NCBI GenBank assembly: GCA_040954595.2
Contig: CM082597.2
Location: 1,656,886 to 1,720,885 of the forward strand
DNA from: Balanoglossus misakiensis
Lineage: Eukaryota > Animalia > Hemichordata
Direction: 5' to 3'
DNA: 64,000 nucleotides
Shown one piece after another: positions 34,968 to 48,400 of this stretch (positions within the stretch are counted from its first letter, which is position 1; every line of letters starts with the position of its first letter). A model generated the notes under the pieces. It ran no database searches. It worked only from the letters and a program-made list of their open reading frames with translations, and had not been told where the DNA came from. A program made the position numbers and the translations under genes.

Positions 34968-37900
34968 ATGTCTGCAAAGTCCGTAGCCGTTGTTCTCGGG
35001 GGAGGCATATCTGGGCTGTCGTCTGCTTATTATCTGGCAAAGTCGTCAGCAGCCCGTTTTCAGAAGGTTAGTTGTTGTGATTTTGTAAACAAGTACGCGT
35101 ACGTCACTACGTGTGTACGTGCCGACGTCTATGCCTATGGTGTCAACAAGCTGAACAAGATCATTACACTCAAGTGTTAGCTCTGCTTGACTGTGTCTGT
35201 CGTTGAAAGCACATTCAGTAACACTCAGCCCTGCTAGACATAGAGCTCATCCGTGTTTTACAGAGGCATATTTCAGCCACTGTCCTGGTCCGGGGTCACG
35301 GGGTCAATCTAGATGTAGGTCACCGCGACTTCTTCTGCGCCACAACCCATTACACGCAAATAACACCTTCCAATTCTTGATTACACTTGACATTTGCAAG
35401 TGTAGTTTCCAGAGGGCAAGTATTGTTTTATCACAGAATGTTTGAAAATCTATATGATATCACATGCCACCTGATTTTTTTAATCACAGATAATTGTTCT
35501 TGAGGCCAGCCATCGTCTAGGTGGATGGGTCAACACAACTGTCACAGAAGATGGCAGTATCTTTGAACATGGACCTCGGAGTATGAGACCGGCTGGTCCA
35601 GTAGGCAGAAACAGTCTTGAATTGGTTAGTACAGACTATCATTTATAACATGCTATTAGATTAAATCTCAAACAAGAACATACATTTTGTACTTCTGCTG
35701 ATACCGGACTTCCCGTTTTGTTCTCAGATTTCAGAACTTGGACTTGAAGATGAAATCTTACCTGTACATCCGAACCATCCAGGTGCCCAGAAACGTTTCA
35801 TTTATGCAAACAATCAGTTCTACCAGCTGCCTTCCGGTCTCAAGTCTGTATGGAGCAAAAAGCCCCCATTCACGAAGCCTCTCATCTCGTATATTCTGAA
35901 GGAACCGTTTGTCAAGGAGGAAATTGAGGATGATGAAAGTGTGTATGACTTTGTCAGGAAAAGATTCGGAACAGAGGTAGGATGATAAATATGAAATCGG
36001 CCTTGTTTAATTAACAATGTATAGCCATGGAAGCATTTTATCATACTGTTTATTTTATGAAGGAAAACCTTTGAAGTTTTCAAGTTTAGGAATGAAATTG
36101 TGTATATGAAAACATGGTATACTTTTTATTGTGGTTTTCACTTTTGTATTTTCTGTCTAGCTTGCAGATTACATTATAGATCCACTATGCATCGGCATTT
36201 ATGCCGGCGATGCCAGGCAACTAAGTGCAAAATCTTGCTTTCCCTTCATCTTTAATCCAGCGAGGCAGCATAGATCGATCGTCAAAGCAGAATTGTTTGG
36301 CAAAAAGGGTAAGTCGTTTATGTAGATCACCGCAAACACTGGTTTGTGCTTCGTATCACGGTTCTTTGTACTTTTTATGTCATGTGAATTTTCTGTTGGT
36401 TTCTACAGTGGATTGTTGTAAATACTTTGTAGAATCTTAACATTCTCCTGACTTCTGTAGAACCACCTCCCAAAGACCAATGTGCCCTGGTTCAGAGAGC
36501 CCAGAAGGAAGGATGGCCGATATGGACACTGAAGGAAGGTCTACAAGGTCTGATAGACACCCTGGCAGAAACCCTGAAGACAAAGTACAATGTTGAAATC
36601 CACCAAGAAACGCCGTGCAGCTCGGTGCAATTTACAGAAGATGGGAAAATCAAGATTGGTGTTGGAGATCAATGCTTGGAAGCGGATCATGTGATAAGCA
36701 CTATACCTGCCAAAGGTAGGTATCTGTAAAATGTTACATGAGTAAATATTCTATAGTGACAATTATACATACAAGTGTTGGTGAACAGTGTAATATGAGA
36801 AGATTTAATACTCTATTTTTTATTTCAGGGAGACTTGATTAGTTGTAATATCTTATTGTTTTTTTTCTTTCCAGATTTGGCAAGAATCTTGCCTCGTGAA
36901 CACAGTGCCTTGGCACAAAACTTGAACAAAATTCATGGAGTAACAGTCGCTGTCATCAACATGGAATTCAAAGGATCAATTCTACCGGAAGAGGTGAGGC
37001 TACAGAAGTAATTTTTCTAGTTATCATTATGTGTTATATATATTTCATGGATTTTTATTCTGTGCAAGAAATACAGTTTCTTGCTCAACTTCTATTCACT
37101 AAACTTGTCTGAATGCCAATATGTGAACATGTAAATTGCAATGTTCTTTTAGACATTTGAATTATCATTTTTCCATGGTAACATTTCTGTATTTACAGGG
37201 CTTTGGTTATCTCATTCCATCGTGGGAGAAATCCAAGTTGCTAGGTGTAATCTATGATTCCTGTACATTCCCAGAGCATAATAGACCTGGGCCGTTGACG
37301 ACTCGAATCACAGTAAGTAACTACCTTTCCCACTAGTAAATTGCATCATATTGAAAATCAAATTTTTTTGCTAAAGATGTGAAAAGTCTACTGGACAATA
37401 TGTGCTTAATATCCTTAATTAAAATAGTATGAAGTAATTTGAATTTGTTCTTGTGCAGTGCATGTTGGGAGGTCACTGGTTCAATGAGCTATTTGGAGAT
37501 GCAGATTCCGTGAGCCCGGAGCATCTCCTTGACATTTCCATGGAAATGCTGGCAGATCATCTTGGAATTACGGCCACGCCTCTGCGATCCTTGGTCAACA
37601 TCCACAAAGACTGTATCACACAGTATAAAGTTGGTCACTCTGTTGTTGTTGGTAAGTTAGTGATTAATGTTTGCTACCTTAAATAGGTTTTTGCCACCTA
37701 GGTGAGCAATAAAAATCTTACATAATCGACAGAATTTCAAGATGGCGGATTTCTGCCATGTTTTATCACAGTCCCTCCACACACGGTCAGGAAACAGAGT
37801 GCATTCTATCTATTGTCAAGATGCGCCTTGCGATTCTGTTACTTTGTTTATTCGGATGATGAGACATAACATGTATACATCTTATATTTCAGATAACATC

Positions 37901-38023
37901 GAAACGTATCTGACAGAGAAACAGTTACCACTCGTCGTCACAGGGGCATCTTACAAAGGAGCCAGCGTCAACGACTGCATATTCAATTCCAAAAGAACTG
38001 TCGAGAAGCTGACATCGGTGTGA
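34968..38023 (+). CDS. PPOX: Protoporphyrinogen oxidase; join(34968..35066,35490..35624,35728..35976,36161..36308,36461..36715,36875..36993,37199..37312,37459..37651,37893..38023), 480 aa
   Basis: All introns are GT-AG with consistent phases (1443 nt total). Motifs VLGGGISGL (FAD), EASHRLGGWV, FEHGPRSMRP, KRFIY, GIYAGD, GFGYLIP, LGVIYDS, QYKVGH, GASYKGASVNDCI. Confidence 0.97.
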
Positions 38024-38392
38024 CACAAGATTAGTGATAGTGAATATTCCTTATTTTAGCTTAAATCTGACGTAAGAATCTTTTATCGGTTTTGATTTGT
38101 GCAGTTGTTAACAGTTACGTTTGAAACATTCTCTCATATCTTGCTCAAGGCAACTTTAGATTATTTTCTCTTAGTATATCACATAAAAATTGGGGGTCGC
38201 TGTGTAATATTTTGAATAGAGAGCCGAATTTGAAATTCAAAATGTCTTCCAAATCTGTGTTAAGTCACAAACACTACGCTCATGAAATTGCACCAGTTTT
38301 GGTTTAGGATTTGCAGCCAGGTTTCCGGTGGTGCAACCAAGACAGACCAATGACAGTGCAGCTCTGCTGATATGCAAACGATGTTTTATGTG

Positions 38393-38398
38393 AATAAA
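38393..38398 (+). terminator. Candidate poly(A) signal for PPOX
   Basis: AATAAA 370 nt after the stop codon; a second one lies near 38488. Confidence 0.4.
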
Positions 38399-41300
38399 TC
38401 AAATTGTAACAAATGTTGACACCTGAAACATGAAATTTTTCTTCATGCATTAAGTTGTACATTTTCCATGAATTATTCACTTGTGCAATAAATGACTGAT
38501 CATGAAGATTGATTTTTGTCGTGAATGAAGTGACATGAAAAGTAATGATTACTGGTTATGTTGATACGTATACCAGCCTATACTTATATCATAATACCAC
38601 CAAAATGAATTTTAAGGATTACAGTTTGTGTCAAACACCAGATTCCACTTTATAAGTGAGATATGGACACATGTTTATTTAACCAAAACCATGGTCCTGT
38701 GTAGGCCGATACTATGGCACAATTTCCAACAGATTTCAGTGTTTATCTGACCTCTGTACACAGAAGCCAAGGCAAAGCCATCTATGAATAGAACAAAATT
38801 TACATGTACTTTGCATTCCAAAAAAGGTTTCCCTGAAATTAGGTCATGTAACTTCCCTGTCTGTTCGTACAGTTGTTACATAATAGTTTTCCATGCATCT
38901 TACCACAGATCTTACTGCCATTCCCCCATTGGGCATGTGGTATTTAAGAAGCAAGAGAAGTGACATCAGGGTGATCTGCAGGGTTTGGACACCGTTTCAC
39001 CATCTGATATACGCTGCAGCTTGTTCAACGAGGTCGTTGTTACCTTCCAATCGAGCAATTCTCATGGTAAGTTCGTCTATGTTTTTATTGGAATAATGTC
39101 ATTTTCTCAGTCTATCAATTTTGCTATTATTTAAAGGAGCGTTGGAACAGCTCGGACCTCTTGTAGTAAACTGGTCACAAATCGTCTTCAATGGCGCCAG
39201 CAACGGCGAATGGCCTGGTGATGTGGTGCCAAAGAGCCGAAAGTCTGTCCACTCGGCATTGTGAAAAGCCTGAGCATGCGCAAAACCCGGGTGTTGCCTG
39301 CATACCACACAAGGGAAATAATATACCTGTTTACATGACATGTCATTTTAACATCATCATTTAAACATCAACGCATTTTAATGCGTCGCCTTCAATCACT
39401 CACACCCACATGCGCGCAATGCTGCCGGGATATGACTTTGCTGTTAGCGTCCTTCCCTCTCCATGGCGACGAGCATGATAGCGATTCAATCACGCGGGGC
39501 CTATGAAGGAGATCGCGTCTGTCTCCGTCCGTTTTGTATGTGGAAATCTTAACACGTTTTTCGACGGGTGTTTGTTACTGTCTTTAGGTAGATGTTATTT
39601 GTTAGATGGGTGACGGGTGTCAGGTGTTGCCATGGCCACGGAACGAATCAACTCAGTGTACTGGCATTAGGAATTATACCCCAAACATTCTACAAATCTA
39701 TCTATCTTTATAAAACCACTGTTACATTCAACCCGTTGTTCTGTTTCTTGTTGTTGTTTGTTTACAAATGAACCTTGAGTTATGGATACAAATTATTCGG
39801 TCGGTGAATACTATCGATAGCGCATGCTCAATGATGACCCAATTTGCATACAGCGTCGTCAGCGTTGACTCTCGTGCGACCCATACCCATACCTCTGTCG
39901 GCGTTTATCAACATTTTTACTTTATCATCACCAACAGCAGAAATGGACGATCCGCTCAGCGACTAGAGAAGTGAAGGAGCATCATACTTAGACGATTTCC
40001 CCCGTGACCAACATCTCGCAGTTGTAACGGAAAGCAGCAGTTGTTGCAGAGAGCATACGGACACCTCCGGCTTATCAGGTACGTGTGTTAAAGCGTTTCA
40101 TCATGGCCATCTATCATGACATTCTGTACTGTTAAGCAGAACCCATCATTCATCACCGCTTCTGTTCACTGCACATTGATGACGACAAAACAATACCCGT
40201 TGAGTTTGACCCTTCCGTAAAATGTATTTTGTTAAAACTAAGACACAACAAACACTCCCAACTGCGTGGACCGTGTTTTGTTTAGCAGATAGGGGGCCCC
40301 GATTCCGTCAGTAAACTGAACAACAAGTTGATACACCGAAGAAAAAAATTACCTTTCTAAAAATTGCACGAAGTCAAACAAATCTCGCCATCCGAGTCCA
40401 CGTTATCAGTCCAAACTCATTGTTTTCTATGGTACGGTTAGACCTCTAAAGAGGGAACTGGGGATGAAAGGGTTAAAAGAAACACTGCAACAGAGACACT
40501 GACGTCGTCCATCTAAAATTAAACTTCAGATGTCTCATCTCTTGTTATTTCCCCAGTTTAATATCCGTAATTGCCATGTTATCGCTGAATATGTATAACC
40601 AGGGTTCTCGCGTTGGAATTCAATTTTCACAACATTACAATCTTTAATCAAGGGACTCTAAAAAATTACCTAATTGCGCTGAGAGAGATACATTTACAAC
40701 TACAGATAACTAGTCCATCGTTTGAATAATTAAGTAAAGTGCGTTAAAGTAATACGCACCTGTTACAAACAACCGTGAACGTGAAGTAGATGAACTGAAG
40801 TTAATCGAACATTTTGACTGTGTGGATATGGGACTTAACCGGGACTATGGTTTTATGTCACACTACAAATAACTGTCAGCTTTCTGCAGTCCACTACCCC
40901 ATTTTCAAATTTGCATTCCCATTAACATTTCCATTGTTCAATTTTCACATCCAACCCTTCTTTTGTTTTCTGATGCACCTGGTCCTGCACATGTTTTCTA
41001 CTTTGAATAATGTAATGATGGCGCGGAAATTGTCATGAAATAAACTACAAGTTAAGATGTGAAAGACCAAGTAATTCGGCACGTTTCAGTAAGCAGTGTG
41101 AAGAAGAAATGAGTAACATAACACCGTCGGATAGCATTTCCATAGGTACTTGTTTGATTAACGATGTCAGAGAAAACGCGTTGTCAGGTTGATAATAGTA
41201 TTCCCTGTACGTCCATATGTATCGTATCAAACCTAATGAGATGAAAAACCCACAACCGCCTTGCTCGTTCGAGGCGACGTCTGGTCATATCATCAAATGC

Positions 41301-42413
41301 TTTGTGAACTGCCCTGTTTAAAAAGGAAGGATGTCTATTCACCAAATCCCCTCTTTCTAGCGATGTCGTGTACAGCATTTAAAATTTAATCTGACGAGAA
41401 GAACAATCACTAGCGTCTTTGATTTCAATCGCTTTACTGTACATGACAGACAATTCCTCCCCAGGGAGAATGTAGTTATAGGTTTCCGAAATAGGCTATC
41501 AGACGTCGTGTTATATTCCTTTAAAATCTCGTTTCGAAGTATGCTCTGCCCAGATCGGTGATGCGAACGAACGGACTGACAGATTGCATTTGGTGTATAA
41601 AAAGAGATGTCTTTCAAACCAGAACATTCATCGTGTGGTCAATATTCCAAAGCTATATTCAAAGACGCGTGGAGTATTTTGAAGTTGGCAAAGAAAGTAA
41701 TTTGTTTGGTAACCATGTTTTTTAATAATGCCAGCCGTTGATGAGAACGTCTTAAGACGGCGACTGACAGAAAGGAAACTGAAAAACAGATCTGTCGATC
41801 CGTTCTTAGTTGAAATTTAAAAAAAGGTTTGTCGTGTGCATTAAGATGAACAACCGGTTATGCAAAGTCCATTAATTCAAAACCAAAATAACTCCCTACG
41901 TACATATGGTTCATCAGTTTATAAATAACCGCAAATTGATGAAAATGCAAGGATGCACGTTCCACTATTTTTTAATGGAAATAGTGGAAATTATTTGGAC
42001 AATTGACTTCAATTAGTAATAATTATCAGGATAATGTCCTTGTCTGTATGATAAGAGGTCTACTTTTCAGTGAAGATAAATAGACGAAAATTGCTGTACG
42101 TCTTGATATAGGGTCGCGTCAGTTGATGGCAATGAATATTTCAACATCTATGTCTGCTTCAATAGTTTCCATAGAGACAGGTATGTAACCGGATACACCC
42201 AGAATGATAAAGGAGATGGGTATATACTGTCGGAAGTTAGAATCGCATATTGATCACAAAACTTTTTTATTTATTGATTACAATGGTATCCTTCTATGAC
42301 TCGCGTTTACACTATTAATTTGTGCAACAAAAATGATAGAATTGTAAATTGCTGGTTTTTGTGGATATGGGTCGAGAAGGGAGATGGGAAGGGACCGAAT
42401 ACGTGCTTACTAC

Positions 42414-42467
42414 CACAACTAAGGGAGATAAATCACTAACGTTAGTGATTTATCTCCCTTAGTTGTG
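42414..42467. mobile_element. Perfect 54-bp palindrome with 8-bp flanking repeat, followed by a third arm copy (42476-42505)
   Basis: cttactac-CACAACTAAGGGAGATAAATCACTAAC|GTTAGTGATTTATCTCCCTTAGTTGTG-cttactac-CACAACTAAGGGAGATAAATCACTAACGTT. Confidence 0.8.
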
Positions 42468-45400
42468 CTTACTACCACAACTAAGGGAGATAAATCACTA
42501 ACGTTTAACATAGCATTGTCTATCTTTTATGTGATAACGGAAAACTCCTCTGAACGTAAGTTTTTTTGCACCATCAGAAACACAATACCCATAGCATCCT
42601 TAGCTTTCCGAGAAATAATATTATGTTCATATGTAAATAGGGTGTAAATCGTCCTTGGCAACTCATTATGACAAACAAGTAATCGCGTGTCACACAAGTT
42701 AAAGGAAGGGGTGATGGATGCTTCAATCGATCAGAGACTTTCAGAAAACCAGTGATGCATATTGCTTTCTTACCGAGAGGCGCATCAATGCGAGGACGAA
42801 GGACTGATACTTGAGCATGTACGCTACGTTAGCGCTGCTCAGAGCTGTTGGAGCAGAGGTAGGGGGAAAATAGACGTCAGACGTGCAACACTTCACAGTT
42901 TATTACCCACATTCAACCGTGAACAACATTCAAATAACAGTATCGCCACTACAGCACGTTCGGTGGCATTCAAGAAGCCGGGACCGCGCACGCAAATCAT
43001 GGTACATGTTTAATCTTCATACACCTATGCGCGGGGTATTCATTGCTGTCGCGTGTGGCCGCTTCTTTTTATTGTTATTGAGTCAAAACCACGTTGAATT
43101 GTTACACTTACGAGTTCTGCACGCACAATCTGAAGTAGAGGGGGACAGTGGGATTTGAACGCCAAGAGGACGGCCTCTAAAGCGATCAAAAAGTGCTTCC
43201 GGCGGTCAATTATCCTTTGTGTACGCGCGACCCCATCGCAGACATCTATCACACAACGGCGGCCATGTTTGCGCCTTGTCCTACCCGCAAAAAAGATGGC
43301 GGCTATAAAAGAGCCTGTTACGCTTCCTCCCCTATGGCTCGGATCTCAGCTTTAATAAACACATACCTGTCTAAAAAGACACATTCCAGTATGATCCAAG
43401 AGTACTAAAACCGGATACGTGGTCAATGAACAGGCTAAACGGCTTGTGTGTGTGTTTTTCATAAACGATAATGGCCGATTTCAATGCATGACGATATGCA
43501 GGTCAAAGTGATTGCCTTCCTTTGTAAATTCCGCGGGAATTAATCAATTAAACTGTTTATAAAAATGAATTAGAAAGCCATGATTATTTCATGATAGAAT
43601 TAGCCAATTAAATAATTGGCAGTTAAATCATATTGATTTTTTTTGGCTCATTGAGACTGCGGAGTGGATCACGTTCTCTGCTTGTTATTGGCTGGCAGGT
43701 ATGAGGTACTGTCTCAATAAAAGCGCGCTGAGTCTACGCTTCGTGTTTGTTCATGGCAATCTAGAGTGAATGCAAGCAATCATTTGCACAGACTGTGTTT
43801 GTGGAATCTAAATGAACCCGTACAACATCGTCTCGTTGTTGATTCTGTGCAAAGTCCGGCGTTATTGACATGGGCATGATTACAAGGTTAGTTCGTAATG
43901 GCGGCTGCCGATCTACAGAACGTTCAGTCTCCCCGTCTCAGTAGTGGCGACTACCTGCTGATCACAGATAACATATAGGCACTGGTCTTCTTTTAATTTG
44001 CTAAAGTCGACTGCTATTTGTATTACCGGCTTGTTTTATAATGGTTTACAACGTGTTACAACGAAAGTGACAATTACGGTCATGTCGATGGACACTTCTA
44101 TGAATTACGATTAGCATGGCCGAATTCTTGAATGTACTGCCACAGTTTGTAAAAGTTGTTTAAAGAATTTAAATATAAGGGCATATGTCTAATAAAGTCA
44201 TAGGTACGAGTTATTGGCGCATAATACTGTCCCTTGCATAGCAACTCTGGTCCGATGATCAATCATGAAAGCGTTTTGCTGGTAACCCAGGCAACCGTTT
44301 TATGAACAAATAAAAAGCCATTGATCACACTTGCACAGTGAAAATGCACTTAATCAAGTAATGTTCTCTCCCGACCATAGGACGCGCGTCGACGATTTCC
44401 GTTGCCATGGCGACATGATTTGTTTGATGTAATGCTTTGGCAAATTTAATAAAGACGAATGACGTTCATTTGCTGTGGTAACGTTCATTAGGCCACAGGC
44501 GGCGGCAGTTTGCTCGTCTTAATGGATGAATTAAAGGTCGATGATAAATATACTTGCAATCATCCAAAAACTCATGAGATTCTCTGGATGAAAGAGGCGT
44601 CATATTTTAATAACCAAGTTTTTATGGGGTTTCCTTTGCAAAGCTAATAGGTGATGACATTTGGGATTTTTTTTGCTCTAATCAAGATTGTAAATCTGGG
44701 AATTCCTTTCCTTATCTTTTATTTCCTGGTGGCATCACGTCTGTCTGCCTGCCTGCCTGCCTGTCTGGTTGGCTGTCTGTCTGTCTGTCTGTCTGTACGC
44801 ACACCGCTTCTTTATTACGCATTCTCCATAATGTTGATCACACTAATATCCTATCAATCAGCTTTATAATCATTCCCGGTTCTATTCAATTTCACTTCGC
44901 TATTTCACAAGCAACAGGCAGCCGGTTGTGTTACAATGTCTGTCAAGCGCCCTTTGATGACTTTAGATTAGAACACAGTTATAAAAAACACTATCACATG
45001 TGGTTTACATTATGCGTATTTCCATAGCGATCCCATTCTTTCTCACGTTTGAATAAATTTATATCAATCGATACAATCAAACTGTATTACGAATAATCAG
45101 ATGCAATTTATTGGCTTTGATCTCTGATCTGTGATGTACTAGCACGTACAGAGCATGATGTACAATTTTTACGATGTTAATCTCATTTTGACAAACATTT
45201 ATCAAACTGTAGAATCCAATGTTGGATTCAGACCCATTTAAACACCAACTAAGAATTCCGTATCATGGGTAATAATAATGATCTTCCTATATGCAGGCAT
45301 CCTGATCAACCTTCTCTCTGATGATATGAACCAATATTGACGATGCCACGTGTGTCAATCGAGTAAACAAACGCCATTGCTTTGTAAAGGGGTAATATCA

Positions 45401-48400
45401 TTCTGCTGACGACAATATCTCTTAATCGAACGTGATATTACAACGGGTTGAACAAGAACGTATGGTAACTGTCACTCCGCGCGTCAGCGTGGGCAAATAA
45501 ACGTGCCCAAACTGAATAATTACAGAAGGCTATAGTATACAGACTACTATAGAAGAGAAAATTGGGTTTGTTAGAGCGATATACACTTCAAATACAGCAC
45601 TATTTGAAAGTTCAAGCTTGTGTGTCATTATCACCCGTGTTTTCCATCACATTTTGTACTTGAAGCTCCGTTCAATATTGCTTTTCATCTTGACGCTGAT
45701 GAGACATCTGAAGTGGTACAATACTTGCATTCCTTAGGAGTCGAGATCCAAAATACAACAGTGTGCCTGTTTAGGACTGTCGATCATATATTAACGTGTT
45801 TAATGATATTCCTAATAATATTTTCTTTTATTTCAGGATGTTCCAAATTGACAACTCTTGTGGTATAATCAAGAACTAAATTCAGACTCATTTGATATGA
45901 AAACGAAAGTCTCTGTTGCTGTATTGACCGATGCATGAGAACCAAGGTAAGGTTATATATAATATACATTCATATTAGGAAGGTACGACAAAACATTTCA
46001 CCACAGTCTTGCGCGTAGGAAGAAAATGCTCGCGGTCTTAAATATTTCTCGGTGCGGTGTGGTGAGGTGTGCACGCCTTGCTTGTCTCAGTATAGTCTTC
46101 GTTTCCCAGGGTCCTCAAGTCCGGACCTTGTCTATTAAAACGACAAGCACGGGCTAGCCATCGACCCCTGGGAACAGATATGCATTCTTAATAGGTGTCC
46201 GTTTCTTTTCAACGCTTAGTCTTGACGCCCAATCGGATTTCATTCGCTATCATCCATCTTCCCCCATATCCCCTGAAGGAAACACAGAGCTTTCATTATT
46301 CTATAAAAGGCATTACACAAACTCCTGTATTGCCTTCGATCACTTCGCTCGATAAACCCTGGATGCTTGCTTTCACGCTGATTTGAAAGTCTTCGATCTG
46401 TTCCTCGAAACGTCTCAGCTGATTGTCCATCGCACGTGGGCTTGTAGGGAATTCGGTCACGTGATTTTATTAGGCTCTTTAGATTGTCAAATATTAAGTC
46501 CCGGCAAAAAAGGAAATGAAATTCTTCTGTGTGACTATCTGACTATTTATCTGTCAAAAATAAATGCCCTCTTCAGAAATATTACTCTACACTGTCTTAC
46601 ATTCTCTGTTGCTGTGCTTGAAAGGGTTAAATAGGGGGTACGCCCTATATAAAGGGAAATAAGAGAATACTTTGGTTGATTAAGCAACAAGCTGTTGTGA
46701 GGTCTGTATATGGCGTTCCAAGTGTCTCCTATATTTCCATGTACCATGATGGCTTTAGAACTGTATATGCGCAGGTTACACCTGGGTCAAATTCATAACC
46801 AGTAAAATGTGAATGGCAATAGGGATGATACAAAGAAATAAAGAGGTGTGGGTGGGTGGTGGGGGGGGGGCAAAAAGTGCACAGTATCCCCGCGTCTCAA
46901 TATGGCGGCTACAATCACCACAGTTAACCGCAGCAGGGCAGGATATTGCATGTGATCAACAGCTCATGGGTGAAGATATTTCTCAAAAGAATAAATCACA
47001 ATTTCAAGAGAACCGTGCAAAAGATCGGTTATTGGTTAAATCGAGGATCCCAGCTCATTTCCTTTGGGGTAAGATATTTGAATGCTAATGTGTACACACA
47101 GTGCTAATGATGCATACTGCAGCACAAGGACCGGTGGTGTGTGCTCGCCGCGTTCAATTGTCATTCAGTAATTGTTTAATTCGCATAGCGGTGAAAAATT
47201 GTCATTTTGAAACGTTAATGACGTAGAACGGACAAACACAACGGAAATTAACAGTGCATATAGGCGTACACCTGTCACGAAATCGTAAATTTCAATAACC
47301 CCTGAGCGAACGACTGATATTTCAGAGCTTTCCTGATTATGCAGTCAAAAATGTGTTAATTAAAGTGCAAACCATCACAAAGTACACTGTCCGAGTAGAG
47401 GATAAACAATGTACCATAAATCGAAAATTCTGTATACATGTACGTGTCAACAAAGACGCATTCGCGGGGTTCAATATTCGAGATGTTTTGATAATATTAT
47501 CACACAATATTTTTGAGCCATGTAATTAAAATTGATCGACGATTCACGCAGAAATTACAACCCTGTAGTATTATATCTTATAAATAGTAAATCCTGATCA
47601 TGTCAATATAATGCGTTTCATAAAACGGTCACGTACACATCAACATGTATATGAAGATCCGACTTCTCAGAAGAGCGGCTTTAAATTTCTAATTTGTGTT
47701 ACAATGAAAAGAAATAATTACAGGTATTCACGGGATACTTCTACGATTTTTTTCTCGCATTTGGATGAGAGAGGATAATTATGGTCTTAATTCACAAAAT
47801 AGATTGCTGTACTGCGACTCATCTTTGAATCTTCTGTGAACTTTTGCATTTTGATATGTACCATACACGTATAAAGAAAGAAGCTATTTCGTCCGTCTTT
47901 TACAGATGAAAAGTGTAGTGATGGACTGTGCACGTAAACGATTACTAAAAGGCGAAATAAATAAATGTACAATGTGCGAACCTTTAGTTGTAGCAGACAT
48001 ACATTCAACAAGTTAACCAGTCAGTCAATCAGTCAGTCAGTCAGTTAGACAAACAGACAGGCAGACGGACAGATTGTTTAAATATTATCCATGTGGATAC
48101 CCGATAGCACTTTTCAATATGAATAGGGTGTAATTTATTCATTGGCTTAGATCTTGTGAGTGTTTGAAACTCCTTTAAACTGTCACAATCTATCAGAGTT
48201 AAAATCCTCGAATCTTACTGGCAGTAAAGATAACCAGCGTTTCAATTTTGAAACATATTTTAAAGAAAAATAATCACTATCCATGGCTATTCATCTAGAC
48301 CATCCAATATAGTACGAGAGATAAGCCTAAAGTGATTTGAATTATTCGTCACGAACATGGATCTGTATATCAACTCGATATACTATGTTATTCACGCATG

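Noticed and set aside
38910-40078. Exon-like segments with good donors (39067 and 40079)
   Set aside because: No coherent coding frame or homology could be recognised. A spliced lncRNA cannot be excluded but is unsupported.
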